From Phyllobates terribilis (Eukaryota), in NCBI RefSeq assembly GCF_046119375.1, contig NW_027362773.1, forward strand, positions 208,630,001 to 208,694,000: a stretch of DNA of 64,000 nucleotides, read 5' to 3'. How positions within the stretch are numbered: the first letter of the stretch is position 1; every line of letters begins with the position of its first letter. The notes under the pieces were generated by a model that searched no databases, was not told the origin of the DNA, and saw only the letters and a list, made by a program, of their open reading frames with translations. Below, piece after piece: positions 34,923 to 47,824 of the stretch. Both the position numbers and the translations under genes were made by a program.

Positions 34923-37900
34923 ATGTGTGAAGTCCTGGAAGGGGAAGAATTGGATTGGGGGAAAGAGGAGAAAAGTGACAGGTGAGCAGGGGCAACATTG
35001 TCTCTCAGAGGCCAGGAAAGCTGAGTGACAACCAGTATGGCCGCCTCAGCTAGATGTTGACAATTCCTGCCTCTGCTTTGCCCCCTAGAGGTAGTCAATG
35101 GCCTCCTTCACAGTGCCCACTAAAGGTAGTCAATGGCCACCTTCACAGTGCCCCCTAGAGGTAGTCAGTGGTCGCCTTCACGGTGCCCCCTAGAGGTAAT
35201 CAGTGATCGCCTCCACAGTGCCCCCTAGAGGTGGTCAATGTCCAACTCTGCAGTGCCCCCTAGAGTTATATAATGACCGCCTTAACGGTACCCCCTAGAG
35301 GTAGTCAATGGCCACCTTCACGGTGCCCCCTAGAGGTAGTCAATGGCCGCCTTCGCGGTGCCCCCTAGAGGTAGTCAATGGCCGCCTTCGCGGTGCCCCC
35401 TAGAGGTAGTCAATGGCCGCCTTCGCGGTGCCCCCTAGAGGTAGTCAATGGCCGCCTTCGCGGTGCCCCCTAGAGGTAGTCAATGGCCGCCTTCGCGGTG
35501 CCCCCTAGAGGTAGTCAATGGCTGCCTTCGCGGTGCCCCCTAGAGGTAGTCAATGGCCGCCTTCACGGTGCCCCATAGAGGTAGTCAATGGCCGCCTTCA
35601 CGGTGCCCCCTAGAGTTATATAATGGCCGCCTTCACGGTGCCCCCTAGAGGTAGTCAATGGCCGCCTTCATGCTATTCCCTAGAGGTAGTCAATGGTCGC
35701 CTTCACGGTGTTCCCTAGAGGTAGTGAATGCCCGCCTTCACATATTTTCACTCATGCATTAGAAATGAAAATAACAATTGTGCCGGTCCTGACACTTAAT
35801 CGTCACCTGCAGCGCACAGAAGACCCTGCCAACTGTTATGGGGTCCGTTGATCTATGATAAACGCGCCTGCTGTGTGAATTACATTTTTTTTTCTTACTT
35901 TGGGCAGAACCTGCCTCCATCCCAGATGTGACCCGAGTCGGGAGGAGGCACTGCAGCTCCTGGGACATGTTGGGGGAGGGGATAGTTTTCTGGTTTTCAG
36001 GCTGACGTGACTTCTCTTCTATCCTCAGGTCGGGGCAGACATGTATGAAGTGCAAGGAAAGCTCCGCCGTCCTCATCATACGGGTGGGAGACGCCTTCTG
36101 CAAGTAAGTTGTGCACATTGCGGAGTCTCTCCGCCCCCTGGGGCTAAGTCCGGAGGACCGCCTGTTACGTGACGGCATCAATAGCTCCTCTTCTGATTAG
36201 CCGGTCTGGCGCTTATGTCACACTGCAACGATTACATCGCAATGAGTTGACTAATCAAAACAAGAGCTGTGGATTCCGTCACAAAACTTTTATCTGTAAA
36301 GATCGTTCTATTTCTTGTGCATCTGCCATGTTTTTCCGCACGTGGCATTTTCCTTTAGTGGTAGATGTTGCAGTCTGAACTCCCTGAGCGGCTTGTCCTG
36401 AGCTCTTTCCCTCTCTTTTCTCGATGTAGGTCGTGCTTCAAAGAATATTTTGTACACAAATTCCGAGCCATGCTGGGGAAGAACCGAGTCGTGTATCCAG
36501 GAGAGAAGGTAACGGAACCTCTGGGTTCGATAATTACTCAAAGTGCGACCATCATTTTGAAAAAGCTGCTGATCGTAAGGGTGTATGGGGGTCCTGAGTC
36601 AAAACCCTGCTCCTACATACGCTGCACACACAGAGTGGTGCATGGGCTCTATAATAAGTTTGTGGGTCCGTACACTGCTTGGGTCTCTGAACTTGAACCC
36701 CCTCCGATCGGCAGAAATATTGAAGATATGTTAAAATTCCTACAAAGTGATAATTATACTTTAAATGTTTATTTCTAACCTGTAAAGCTACAACTTGTGG
36801 ATCCCTCGGGTTTCCAGCTTTGTGAACCCCCTAAAGATCCCAACGGGGGGGGGGGGGGGTTAAAAATGCCCCACGGGAATGGACCGGTACCTGAGCTCCA
36901 TTCATTCTCTAAGCTGAGCTTTGTGCTCTTACCCTTAGTCCCATAGGCAATGATGGGAGTGTGGTGCTCATGCTCTGCTCCACCAATTCACAAGATTTCC
37001 CCTATACTGTGGGTAGCCTGTTACTGGCCCCGGTGGTCCCGTTCTGTGCATATGACCACTGCAGCCAATCATTGTATCATTAAACGGCGACCGTTCAAAT
37101 GGCTGACCGTCCATGTAATATATAGTAGGATCACAGGATGCCCTCTATAATGTTCGTGCGGCAATATATACACACAGATTATCCCAAAAAGACGTTGGGC
37201 TCTATTCATCATTTGTGGTCCCTTTTTTTTTTTGCCTTGGCGTTTTCGACCCTGAAATTACTTAATGCTTCATGCAGGATACACACAGCAGCCTGCCATG
37301 CAAAGCTGCAGTATAAAGCATGGAGTAGGGTAGAACAATAGTTATTGCTGAGACCAACGGTACCTAAAAGACCAGGCATCTACATTACTGATCCAGCTGT
37401 TCTCCAATGCAGCAGAAGTAAATGGCAGGACTGGCCGTCCTTGCTGCGGGTGATGTGGCTTCAGAGATGCATGATCACACGAGAGGTTTTACAGCACGTG
37501 GGAAATCAAGGATTTCTGTTATGACGTCCATCTGTTTCAGGTTCTCCTGGCTTATTCTGGTGGACCGTCCTCAAGTGCTTTGATCCAGCAGGTCCAGGAG
37601 GTGAGAACACTACATGTTATACCATTATATCTTATTACAAGTAACATTGTATTTAAAGAGATTGTCCAACAATGAAAAATTAAGAAAAAAAAACACAAAC
37701 TTGTGAAGACCCAGGGTCTTCCGTGGGCATAATACCACTCAGACAACGCAGGGTGAGGGTAACACAGTGTGGCAATACTTTATTGAACCACCAAACAGAC
37801 AATAACATACAGAAGAGTCCCAACAAATACCCAAGATGGTGCAAACTACAGTCTCACCCTTCCGCTGACTTGTCGGGATTAAAGCCGCTGCGACTCCAGG

Positions 37901-40900
37901 GCACCCAGGGACGACTACCCCATCAGTGGCACCCTGCTTTTGGTGGGCCCCCATAGAGAGGAGGTAGCGGCAAGCTTAGGAAGCTGACAGTCCATTGAGG
38001 TACGTGACCAGGTGACCGGACGGTCCCAACCTGGCTTCTCCTAGCGTCTCCTTGGGGCCAGATGACCGGAGGGTCCCAACCTGGCTTCTCCGAGCGTCTC
38101 CTTGGGGCCAGATGACCGGAGGGTCCCAACCTGGCTTCTCCGAGCGTCTCCATGGGGCCATATGACCGGAGGGTCCCAACCTGGTTTCCCCAAACGTATC
38201 CATGGGTTCTGTGATAGTCAATGGAGCAGATCTGTATTCCTCCAGCTGGGGTCTTGGTCCCTTTAGCTGGCATCCTGTAGAATCCAAATCTGTGTCCCTC
38301 TTGATGGAGCTATGGTGTCCTGTAGAGCTGTCACATAGACAATCAAAATATAAAATAAATTAATCTGATCAGTAAACAGTGTAACGAGAAAAACAATCAA
38401 AACGCCATAATTATGTTTTTTTGGCCGCCACAACGTTGCAATAAGAGGAGACCAAAACTTTGTATCTAACCAAAAATGGTATCAATAAAAATGTCAGCTC
38501 AGGGCACAAAAAATACCCCCCTCAAAGCCCCATATCCTGCAAAATGAAAATGCTACGGGTCTCGGAATATGGCGACAGAAGAAAGGTTTTTTATGTTTGT
38601 TTTTTACGAATTTCTGAATAATTTTTTTTTCTACTACTTAAATAAAAAAACCTCTACATGTTAGGTATTTGCGTACTCGTACTGACCTGGAGAATCATGT
38701 TACCAAGTCAGTTTTACTGTATAGTGAACATGGTAAATAATAAAACAATTACATACGGCTATATTGACGCAAAAATATAAAAGTTATGGCTCTAAGAAAC
38801 AGGCGAGGAAAAAATGGAAGATGGCGTTAAAGGGGTGATACTTTAGGATATCCTAACATTATTACTGGTGGGGGGCTGACTTCTGGCAGTTTCTTATACA
38901 GTGGGTGGTCCGTAGTGTCAATATTCAGAGTAATTCGGAGCAGGAGGTTGCAGCACTGGAGCAGCCCCCCTTTTTCCTCGGATTATTGAGCTCTGGGTAG
39001 TGGCGGCTAATAACTTACCGGCCATAGGCCATCACTTACTATTGGGGAAACCCCTCTAATTTTTGTTGTTACCGTGTGGTCACTCATTACTTGTGATTTT
39101 GTGTTTTCCAGGGTTTGGGTCGTGACGCTCCGAAAAAGTTGCGCTTCATTCCTGGCATCCTGTTCATCGATGGTGAGTGAGAAGTACAGACTTGGAGGAG
39201 CACCGCTCACCCTCTGCCTTTGGGGGATGTGAGGATAGGACGACGTGTCTGTATCGGGGGTCTTACTGACGTCTCTTATCTTCCTGTCCTTGGGACTGAC
39301 GGTCGGGTCCTTCTTGTATTACAGAAGGTGCGGTGAGCGGACAGAGCTGGGAGCAGAGGGAACAGAGCGTGTCCGAAATACAGAGGGTTTTACAGAAGAC
39401 CACTTTCCCCTTCCATATTGTGCCCCTGGAGCAGGTACATGGGTGGTCACATCTAGGAGCGAGGAACATGGGGGGGATAATATCCGCGGCTCCTCAACAG
39501 CCGCCGCTACATTACCTTTCTTCTATAAGGTTCTGGCGTGTGATTGCGCTGCGGTTTTTTCCCGAGATCGCAATTAAACTCTGCTATTTTAATATTGGCT
39601 TTGGAAAATCCAAGGAAAGAAAAAAAGCAGCACTATCACATGGTGTGAATTTGTCCTTAGAGCAGGAGAGAGATTTGCGCTGCTGATGAGTTCAGATCAC
39701 AGAGGATTTTTCTCATGTGAAGGCAATTGTAGCAACCGCTTCAGCTGTGAGAAGTAATGTCAGGGGGGATTTTTAGCATTTTGAGGCGTTCCCTTATACT
39801 GACAGTAATCAGAGAGTCTAGAAAAAAGCAGATGATGATGGGCTGTACCAATGTCATAGGAAAACTGCTTTTTTTTTTTTTTCTTGTTCCCGTTTGTTTT
39901 GTCCCCAGATTTTCTCTCTACCACGGTCTGTTCTGCAGTCGGTTCTTCCGGAGAAACTGGAGCCTACGGAGAATTACAAGCAGGCAGTGAATAGCTTTTC
40001 AGGACAGCAGCGGGCACATGGGGCAGATGAGGTATCGGGCAGCGCTGATGAGCTGGCACAGCTCCGTGTTACTGGCGATGAATGCAGCACATACAGTCGT
40101 GTTCCTCCGGAGACCACCTCCGCACTGACTGAGGTCTTCAACTCTGCCAGGACTTTGACGGCCAAGGTGGAGCTGCTGCAATCGCTCCGGTAAGCTGCAC
40201 TCCTAATGTGCACCCGCTGCTTATACTCGCACTTTTCATCTTCTTGTTTAGTAATCGAGATTCTCCCATGTCTGTAGGAATCACCTTATCCTCCACGTGG
40301 CTCGTACATGCGGATACTCCAAGGTGATGTGCGGTGAAAGCTGCACACGTCTGGCGGCTCGTCTGCTTTCTAACATATCTTTAGGACGTGGGGCATTCCT
40401 AGCTTTGGACACGGTGAATATACTTCTTGTACAACCATGTGGAAAAGTTAGCTGCTGGGCATCCTACGCGGTGGCTGCTGGGCATCCTACGCGGTGGCTG
40501 CTGGGCATCCTACGCGGTCGCGTGCAGCTGCTCTCAATACAGGATTACATTAGGATTTTCTTTCTTTTTTAGGGTTTCTCTGATGATCGCTCTGGAGATG
40601 TGGTTATTGTCCGGCCCATGCGGGAATATTCACTGAAAGAAATATCCTTCTATAACCGGCTTTTCCATGTGCCGTCCGTCTTTATCCCCACAATGGAGAC
40701 TATGGTACCGATAAATAAGCTGCTCAGGTTGTGATGTGGCCTCTCCTGGATGGGGGTGTCAGGTTGTGGTGTTTCCTATTCTGGACGGGGGGCGCTCAGG
40801 GTGTCGTGTGGCCTCTCCTGGACGGGGGGCGCTCAGGGTGTCGTGTGGCCTCTCCTGGACAGGGGGCGCTCAGGGTGTCGTGTGGCCTCTCCTGGACTGG

Positions 40901-43900
40901 GGGGGGAGGGCTCAGGCTGTCGTGTGGCCTCTCCTGGACGGGGGGCGCTCAGGCTGTCGTGTGGCCTCTCCTGGACGGGGGGCGCTCAGGCTGTCGTGTG
41001 GCCTCTCCTGGACGGGGGGCGCTCAGGCTGTCGTGTGGCCTCTCCTGGACGGGGGGCGCTCAGGCTGTCGTGTGGCCTCTCCTGGACGGGGGGCGCTCAG
41101 GCTGTCGTGTGGCCTCTCCTGGATGGGGGGCGCTCAGGCTGTCGTGTGGCCTCTCCTGGATGGGGGGCGCTCAGGCTGTCGTGTGGCCTCTCCTGGACGG
41201 TGGGGGGGGGAGGGCTCAGGCTGTCGTGTGGCCTCTCCTGGACGGTGGGGGGGGGAGGGCTCAGGCTGTCGTGTGGCCTCTCCTGGACGGGGGGGGGGGA
41301 GGGCTCAGGCTGTCGTGTGGCCTCTCCTGGACGGGGGGCGCTCAGGCTGTCGTGTGGCCTCTCCTGGACGGGGGGGCGCTCAGGGTGTCGTGTGGCCTCT
41401 CCTGGACGGGGGGCGCTCAGGGTGTCGTGTGGCCTCTCCTGGACGGGGGGCGCTCAGGGTGTCGTGTGGCCTCTCCTGGACGGGGGGAGGCTCAGGGTGT
41501 CGTGCGGCCTCTCCTGGACGGGGGGGGGGGGGGGGAAGGCTCAGGGTGTCGTGCGGCCTCTCCTGGACGGGGGGGGGGGGCTCAGGGTGTCGTGCGGCCT
41601 CTCCTGGACGGGGGGGGGGGCTCAGGGTGTCGTGCGGCCTCTCCTGGACGGGGGGGGGAGGCTTCAGGGTGTCGTGCGGCCTCTCCTGGACGGGGGGGGG
41701 GGGGGGAGGCTCAGGGTGTCGTGCAGCCTCTCCTGGACAGGGGGGGAGGCTCAGGGTGTCGTGCGGCCTCTCCTGGACAGGGGGGGAGGCTCAGGGTGTC
41801 GTGCGGCCTCTCCTGGACGGGGGGGGGGGGGGAGGCTCAGGGTGTCGTGCGGCCTCTCCTGGACGGTGGGGGGGGCTCAGGGTGTCGTGCGGCCTCTCCT
41901 GGACGGGGGGAGGCTCAGGGTGTCGTGCGGCCTCTCCTGGACGGTGGGGGAGGCTCAGGGTGTCGTGCGGCCTCTCCTGGACGGGGGGGGGGGGGGGAAG
42001 GCTCAGGGTGTCGTGCGGCCTCTCCTGGACGGGGGGGGGGGGGGGCTCAGGGTGTCGTGCGGCCTCTCCTGGACGGGGGGGGGGGCTCAGGGTGTCGTGC
42101 GGCCTCTCCTGGACGGGGGGGGGGGGGGGGCTCAGGGTGTCGTGCGGCCTCTCCTGGACGGGGGGGGGGGGGCTCAGGGTGTCGTGCGGCCTCTCCTGGA
42201 CGGGGGGGGGGGGAGGCTCAGGGTGTCGTGCGGCCTCTCCTGGACAGGGGGGGAGGCTCAGGGTGTCGTGCGGCCTCTCCTGGACGGGGGGGGGGGGAGG
42301 CTCAGGGTGTCGTGCGGCCTCTCCTGGACGGGGGGGGGGAGGCTCAGGGTGTCGTGCGGCCTCTCCTGGACGGGGGGGGGGGGGGGGGGAGGCTCAGGGT
42401 GTCGTGCGGCCTCTCCTGGACGGGGGGGGGGGGGGGGGAGGCTCAGGGTGTCGTGCGGCCTCTCCTGGACGGTGGGGGGGGCTCAGGGTGTCGTGCGGCC
42501 TCTCCTGGACGGGGGGGGGGAGGCTCAGGGTGTCGTGCGGCCTCTCCTGGACGGGGGGGGGGGGGAGGCTCAGGGTGTCGTGCGGCCTCTCCTGGACGGG
42601 GGGGGGGGGGGGGGGGAGGCTCAGGGTGTCGTGCGGCCTCTCCTGGGGGGGGGGGGAGGCTCAGGGTGTCGTGCGGCCTCTCCTGGACGGTGGGGGGGGC
42701 TCAGGGTGTCGTGCGGCCTCTCCTGGACGGGGGGAGGCTCAGGGTGTCGTGCGGCCTCTCCTGGACGGTGGGGGGGGCTCAGGGTGTCGTGTGGCCTCTC
42801 CTGGACGGGGGGGGGGCTCAGGGTGTAGTGTGGCCTCTCCTGGACGGGGGGGGGGGGGCTCAGGGTGTCGTGTGGCCTCTCCTGGACGGGGGGGGGGCTC
42901 AGGGTGTCGTGCGTGTGGCCTCTCCTGGATGGGGGGCGCTCAGGGTGTCGTGTGGTTTCTCCTGTGCGGGGTTCAGGTTGTGCTGTGTGTTTTTTCCAAA
43001 GCTTTATGGATAAATCTTGCAGAGTTTTTCATGTTTAATGCACATACATCTGCGTCTATTCCAGGCTCCTGAGAACAGCAGCCTCCAGCACCTCTCCGAG
43101 TCTTTTATCACCAAGCTGCAGGCAGAATTTCCCTCCACAGTGAGCACCGTGTACAGGTAACATCCTCCACCACAACTTCTCCAGTCTCTCTATCATTGGA
43201 AACAGCAGAATTGTCTATCTGCAAATTGGGGTCCGCCTGTACTCCACCTATGGGGTATTTATTCCACATGGTCTCCTCTGCAGGCAGGACGGCCACGAGC
43301 CTTGGACAGCGTCCTGTGTCGGGGGGCCTCGGAGGGCGTCCTGCGCCGGGGCTGTGCATCCTCTTTACGATCGATAACAATCAGTGCAGGGACAAGTAAT
43401 TCTCCATTAGTCTGATGTTATATAATGAGAGTTTTTTTTTATTTCAGGACAAGTGAGAAGCTAAATATCTCTAGGAGAGAAGCTGCGGATGAGAACGTCC
43501 AGCAGGAAAGATGTCTTATGTGCATGTGCCATTTGGACACACGTGTTGGTGAGGACTGAGGGTCCGATCATCTTCTGCCCCGTTTCTTTAAAGGGAATGT
43601 GTTATCAAAACATTTTTTTTCCCAACAATTGATAAAATGTAAAGTATTAATGTTTTTTTTTTATATATATTTTTAATGGTATAAAATATGAAATGTAGCC
43701 GTAGTGTAGAGAGATGAGATTGGACACAGACCACTGTCTCCTATCTACAGGGGCTGCTGTATTTGTGGTGTGTAAGGGTTGTGCTCAGACACTTACACAC
43801 CAGCATATAAAAATTGCTGCCCCCAGTGGCTGTAGGAAAAAATAATAAATTAAATGTTAAAATGTGACATCTAATTTTGCATTAAAAGTAATTGATTATA

Positions 43901-45333
43901 TAATGAACAGTCATTAATAAAAAATAAAAAAAAAATCGTGACACATTCCCTTTAAAAATGTTTCCACTCCGGGGCCAACTATGTCCCTCACCCGCTTTCA
44001 TGGCAATGAGTTTGGTGCCACCTTGTGGTGATAATAGTGTAGTGCACGCTCACAATGCCTTGCATGTGTCTTATAACGATGTGCTTTTCTTCCACCAGGT
44101 GAAGCCTCTGCCTTCTGTGCCACACAGATATCTCAGGATCTCTCCCAAAAGAGGCCAAAAAGCAACGCAGAACCCCCAAGAGACCCCGATAAGCAATGCT
44201 GCACCGGCGGACAGAGCTGTGACAAATCCACCTCTTGTAGCAGGTGAATGCTGCCTGTGCCTGGTGTCATTGGCCACACTGCTGGGTATATATGTATATT
44301 CTTCACTTACAATGTCTTCCCCCTCCAGTGCTCCCAGGACACAAGACTTCACATCCTTCTTATGCTACAGCTGCCGAGTGACGGTCAAGGACGTGGTAGG
44401 TGAAATCTCAGGGCTATTAGCCAAAAAATGTGTTACCAAGTCTGTGACTCTGACTCAGATCCCTATACTTTGTGTCATAAAACCTGGACTTGTGGCTTTA
44501 ATATGGACGTGAAAATGAGCCTGTATCATGGCCGACTGATTGGATGCAGCTCACTCCATAGGCAAAGTAATGTCCCAGCCATAAACCTCATATATAATAT
44601 AAAACCATTGGCTTTAATCCTTTATTGCATGCACTATTTAGTTATATTGTGACATATTTCTTCTTTCTTCCTCATGTACCAGACATCAGTAAGCGCCTTC
44701 CCTCCATACATCCTGCAGGAGGCCGAGCACAGGAGCCGCAGGTAATCTGCTTATTATCCAGAGCTATGACATTAAAGCCCCATTCACACAGCAGTTTTTG
44801 GGTGTACAAGTGTTCTTCACAGATTGTACTTGTACCCATGACAGTCTATGGGATTGTTCAAAAGTCAGATGGCAAAAAAAAAAAAAAAATCAGAGTGGCC
44901 TGTGCAAAACTGCGGAGATAGGTCCTATATTGATCTGGGTGTTGGCTCAAAGTTGGCAATGCAAGTCTATGGATCATTGAAAAAAATCAGATGCCACCCT
45001 TGTGCTGGACAGTTCGATAGAAGGTTGAGAAACTTTAATGTTCACATACGAGAAAAACTGATGAAATTGTAAAGTGCTGTGGAATAATATAGCGCTATAT
45101 AAGTTATGAAAATCAGACGAAACTGACGTCCGCATGAAGCCAAATAAAATGAGTAGGATCTTTCCGCTTCCACAGGTGGAATGCCCCCTAAAGAGCTCAT
45201 ACAATAACACATTTGATGGGATATATATAGTTATATATCTGTATATTTCTCTCGTCTATGCCTGTGGTTTAGGTCAGCGATGAGGAGCGAGATACAGGAA
45301 TTCCTGCTGGATGAAGGATGTGAAGACATATGA
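34923..45333 (+). CDS. CTU2: Cytoplasmic tRNA 2-thiolation protein 2; exons 34923-34981, 36029-36103, 36430-36508, 37541-37600, 39112-39172, 39325-39434, 39909-40189, 40278-40413, 40573-40704, 43065-43156, 43448-43548, 44099-44243, 44329-44395, 44683-44741, 45273-45333
   Basis: CMKCKE...GDAFC; HKFRAMLGKNR; LLAYSGGPSS; ESCTRLA...LGRGAF; VRPMRE; EFPSTVSTVYRTSEKL; LCYSCRV. Junction phases are consistent; AATAAA at 45441. Confidence 0.97.
35079..35741. repeat. 35-bp tandem array, 19 copies, CTU2 intron 1; unit carries a CTCF-like motif
   Basis: Unit GGTGCCCCCTAGAGGTAGTCAATGGCCGCCTTCGC; the minus strand reads CCTCTAGGGGGCAC. Confidence 0.95.
37702..38335 (-). mobile_element. Possible solo or orphan LTR containing an approximately 50-bp tandem repeat (about 4 copies, 38010-38200)
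   Basis: Minus strand TGTGACAG...AATAAA...GTCTTCACA (TG...CA). No TSD found. Confidence 0.45.
40731..42965 (+). repeat. G-rich VNTR (about 50 units of roughly 38-50 bp with a variable poly-G tract), CTU2 intron 9
   Basis: GGCTCAGG(G/C)TGTCGTG(T/C)GGCCTCTCCTGGAC(G)n units. Confidence 0.97.
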
Positions 45334-46059
45334 GCGGATCGGGCCCGGACGGTGTCCAGGAGGCCGCACAGGCCGGCACCACACTTGTATTTTTAAATAG
45401 ATGCTAATTTATATGTAAACTTTGATCTTTTATCATATAAAATAAAGTTTTATAGAAAAATTTATAGCGCAGAGAGAGATGGAGAAGCCTCCTTTATCAA
45501 GGGGAAAACAGTCCTTCTGGGTCACAGCAAGTGGTTGGTGGAAGAGCAGATTTTTTTTTTATTAAAATAATGAGAATGTTGTGTTTTAAACCATAAAGAA
45601 ATCTCATAATATATAGTAATAAAAACAATGCGCTCATTGCAGGTGCAAAAGTGGCTTAAGCTGAGTCATGAGACATAACTTACACTTTTAAGGCATTTTA
45701 AAGATTTATGCTGATGAAATGTATGAGATTTGGCAACTTTTTTTTAATATACGTTAATGTTTCACCAAAGTAGTAAGTTGTCTCCCATCCATATAATAGA
45801 GGATAACTTGCTGATCACTAGGACCTGCAGTGATCTCGAGATCCAGGTTACCAGACTCGAATACACATGCTCGAACGCCGCTCTGTTCGTGGTCCATGGT
45901 CCGGCTACTAATAGCAGAGTGCTGTACTCTGTCAGTCCCGTAGACTATGAATAGAACGTCAATCAAGCAAGTCCCAGAGACCAGTCCTCGAGATTCCTGG
46001 GGCACCCCCAGTGATCAGCAAGTTTTCACCTATTTAGGGGATAGTGTTTCATTTTTGGA

Positions 46060-46475
46060 ACTTGTAGAATTGCTGCTTCCAATAGGTGGCGCTATAGAGT
46101 TCAAGTTCCTCTTTATCTCTGAAGAGGCAATTAGCATATTAAATTTCCCAGAAAAGCATTGCATGGCGAATAAGCTTCCTTACCTTGGCATGCCAGAGCC
46201 GGTGTGTCACTCTCCACAAGGAGAAACCTTACCCCTTAGACCTCAGTCCAGAGCCTCTTATCTAGCCAAATCAGTTCTCATACTTTGCACTGATGAGGGC
46301 CAACAGCCCGAAACACAGTGTCTGCAAACAGATTCTGATTTAGCTATTATCTTAAGTCATACTGCAAGGCTCATTAAAGGGTTGATTGTGACTTGTAGGA
46401 TTGCTGCTTCCAATAGGTGGCGCTATAGAGTTCAAGTCCTCTTTGTCTCTGAAGAGGCAATTTGCATATTAATTT
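46060..46475 (+). mobile_element. Retrozyme-like repeat (331-nt period, about 1.25 units)
   Basis: ACTTGTAG..TTGCTGCTTCCAATAGGTGGCGCTATAGAGTTCAAG...TCTCTGAAGAGGCAATT occurs at 46060 and 46391, with a hammerhead between the copies. Confidence 0.75.
46284..46328 (+). ncRNA. Minimal type I hammerhead ribozyme
   Basis: TTTGCA-CTGATGA-GGGC caaca GCCC-GAAA-CAC A GTG-TC-TGCAAA: complete core, 6-bp stem I, 4-bp stem II, short stem III, GUC cleavage site after 46322. Confidence 0.9.
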
Positions 46476-46910
46476 TGGGAAACAACCGTATAAAATCTAG
46501 TTAAGGGTCCTATATATAAAACTGTCTACATCAGTTAAAAGGGGTATTAACTCTCAACCCAGTATTGCAGGGATATGGGCTTTTGAGGTCTGTATGCAAA
46601 TTTCCGCTTTAACAAAGGGATGTTAAGAAATGATTATTCTTTAACTTTTTTTTTTTTTTCCTCTTCTGTACGACATTGCTCAATCATATAAAGGCTGCAA
46701 CATAGAGGAGAATAAATGCAAGTTTAACTGGTTCATGCCAAGAATTTTTCACCTCCATCATTTAGCGGGAGAGCGGCAATGCTTGTCACATCCATAAAAT
46801 GCTCTGGAGGTTTCTCAGATATCGGGGAATAATGCTGCAGTGTCTGGGGTAGATCCGGAGCGTCTTCTCTCTTGCAATGAAACCTCGGAGAGAAAGAAAA
46901 AAAAGTACTC

Positions 46911-46979
46911 GATCGCTTCATTGGGGAACACAGGAAATCATGGGGTGTATGCTGCTGCCACCTGGAGGCTGACACTAAG
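46911..46979 (+). repeat. Isolated DIRS terminal-repeat fragment
   Basis: TCGCTTCATTGGGGAACACAGG...CATGGGGTGTATGCTG...GGAGGCTGACACTAAG resembles the ITR of the DIRS at 51277-57934. Confidence 0.65.
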
Positions 46980-47793
46980 AATTACAACTACAGATATGCA
47001 ATGTAAAATAATATTCTGAAAGGCCGTTTTTAATTAATCCATGGGTTGAAAATCTGTAAATTCTCACAAATGAAAGGGGATTCTGTCAGCCCAAACTAAA
47101 CTTCTAAACTAGGGATGTAGCCCCTATACAGATAGATGGTGCTCACAGAGCATGGTGTAGACTCTTGCCGCTCGCACAGCATTGCATGGACTTCCTGCAG
47201 CCATTTTTCAGGCTTGCAATGTGGCAAGAATGTTTGTAGCTACTGACTGCAAGCTGAGATCTTACATGTAATGTGGAATTAAAACAGCGTATTTAAAAAA
47301 GTTACTGAATTTATGTAGTAAAAATGTGTCGTAGTGACGGCAGTAGGGGACCATTTACGGTGACAATTTTTTTCTTCCTTTGTATCAGAAACCTCTCTCC
47401 TATGACTCCAATGCTCAAAGCGTGTGTGGGCTCATTAACCAGCAATACGGCTTCATTGACTCCATGTGCTCTTCATTGCTTTCATGAAAAGGAACGAGCT
47501 GCGTTGTGTAGTGTGATCTTAGCCTTTACATATTACTACCACTAGGTGGCGCTGATCAGATCACCCCTCTAATTCCAATGGGCCAGAGCTTATATGTGGC
47601 AATATTATATCCTCCTATGATAGCACCATCTGGTGGAAGAATGAAGTGCAGATGTTAGTGTGTAGAAACTAGTACTAGAGAAAAGTTAAGACTCTTATTA
47701 GCAAAAATGGTCATGGAAAATAAAACTTGCATGGTGTTAACTTTGGGGCGGATAAAAGTATCTATGTACCAGAAAAAGGCCCAAATAATTTAC

Positions 47794-47824
<31 letters not shown>

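Noticed and set aside
40731-43072. Three overlapping 690-780 aa Gly-rich ORFs
   Set aside because: All three frames are open only because the G-rich repeat unit lacks stop codons; the region is CTU2 intron 9.
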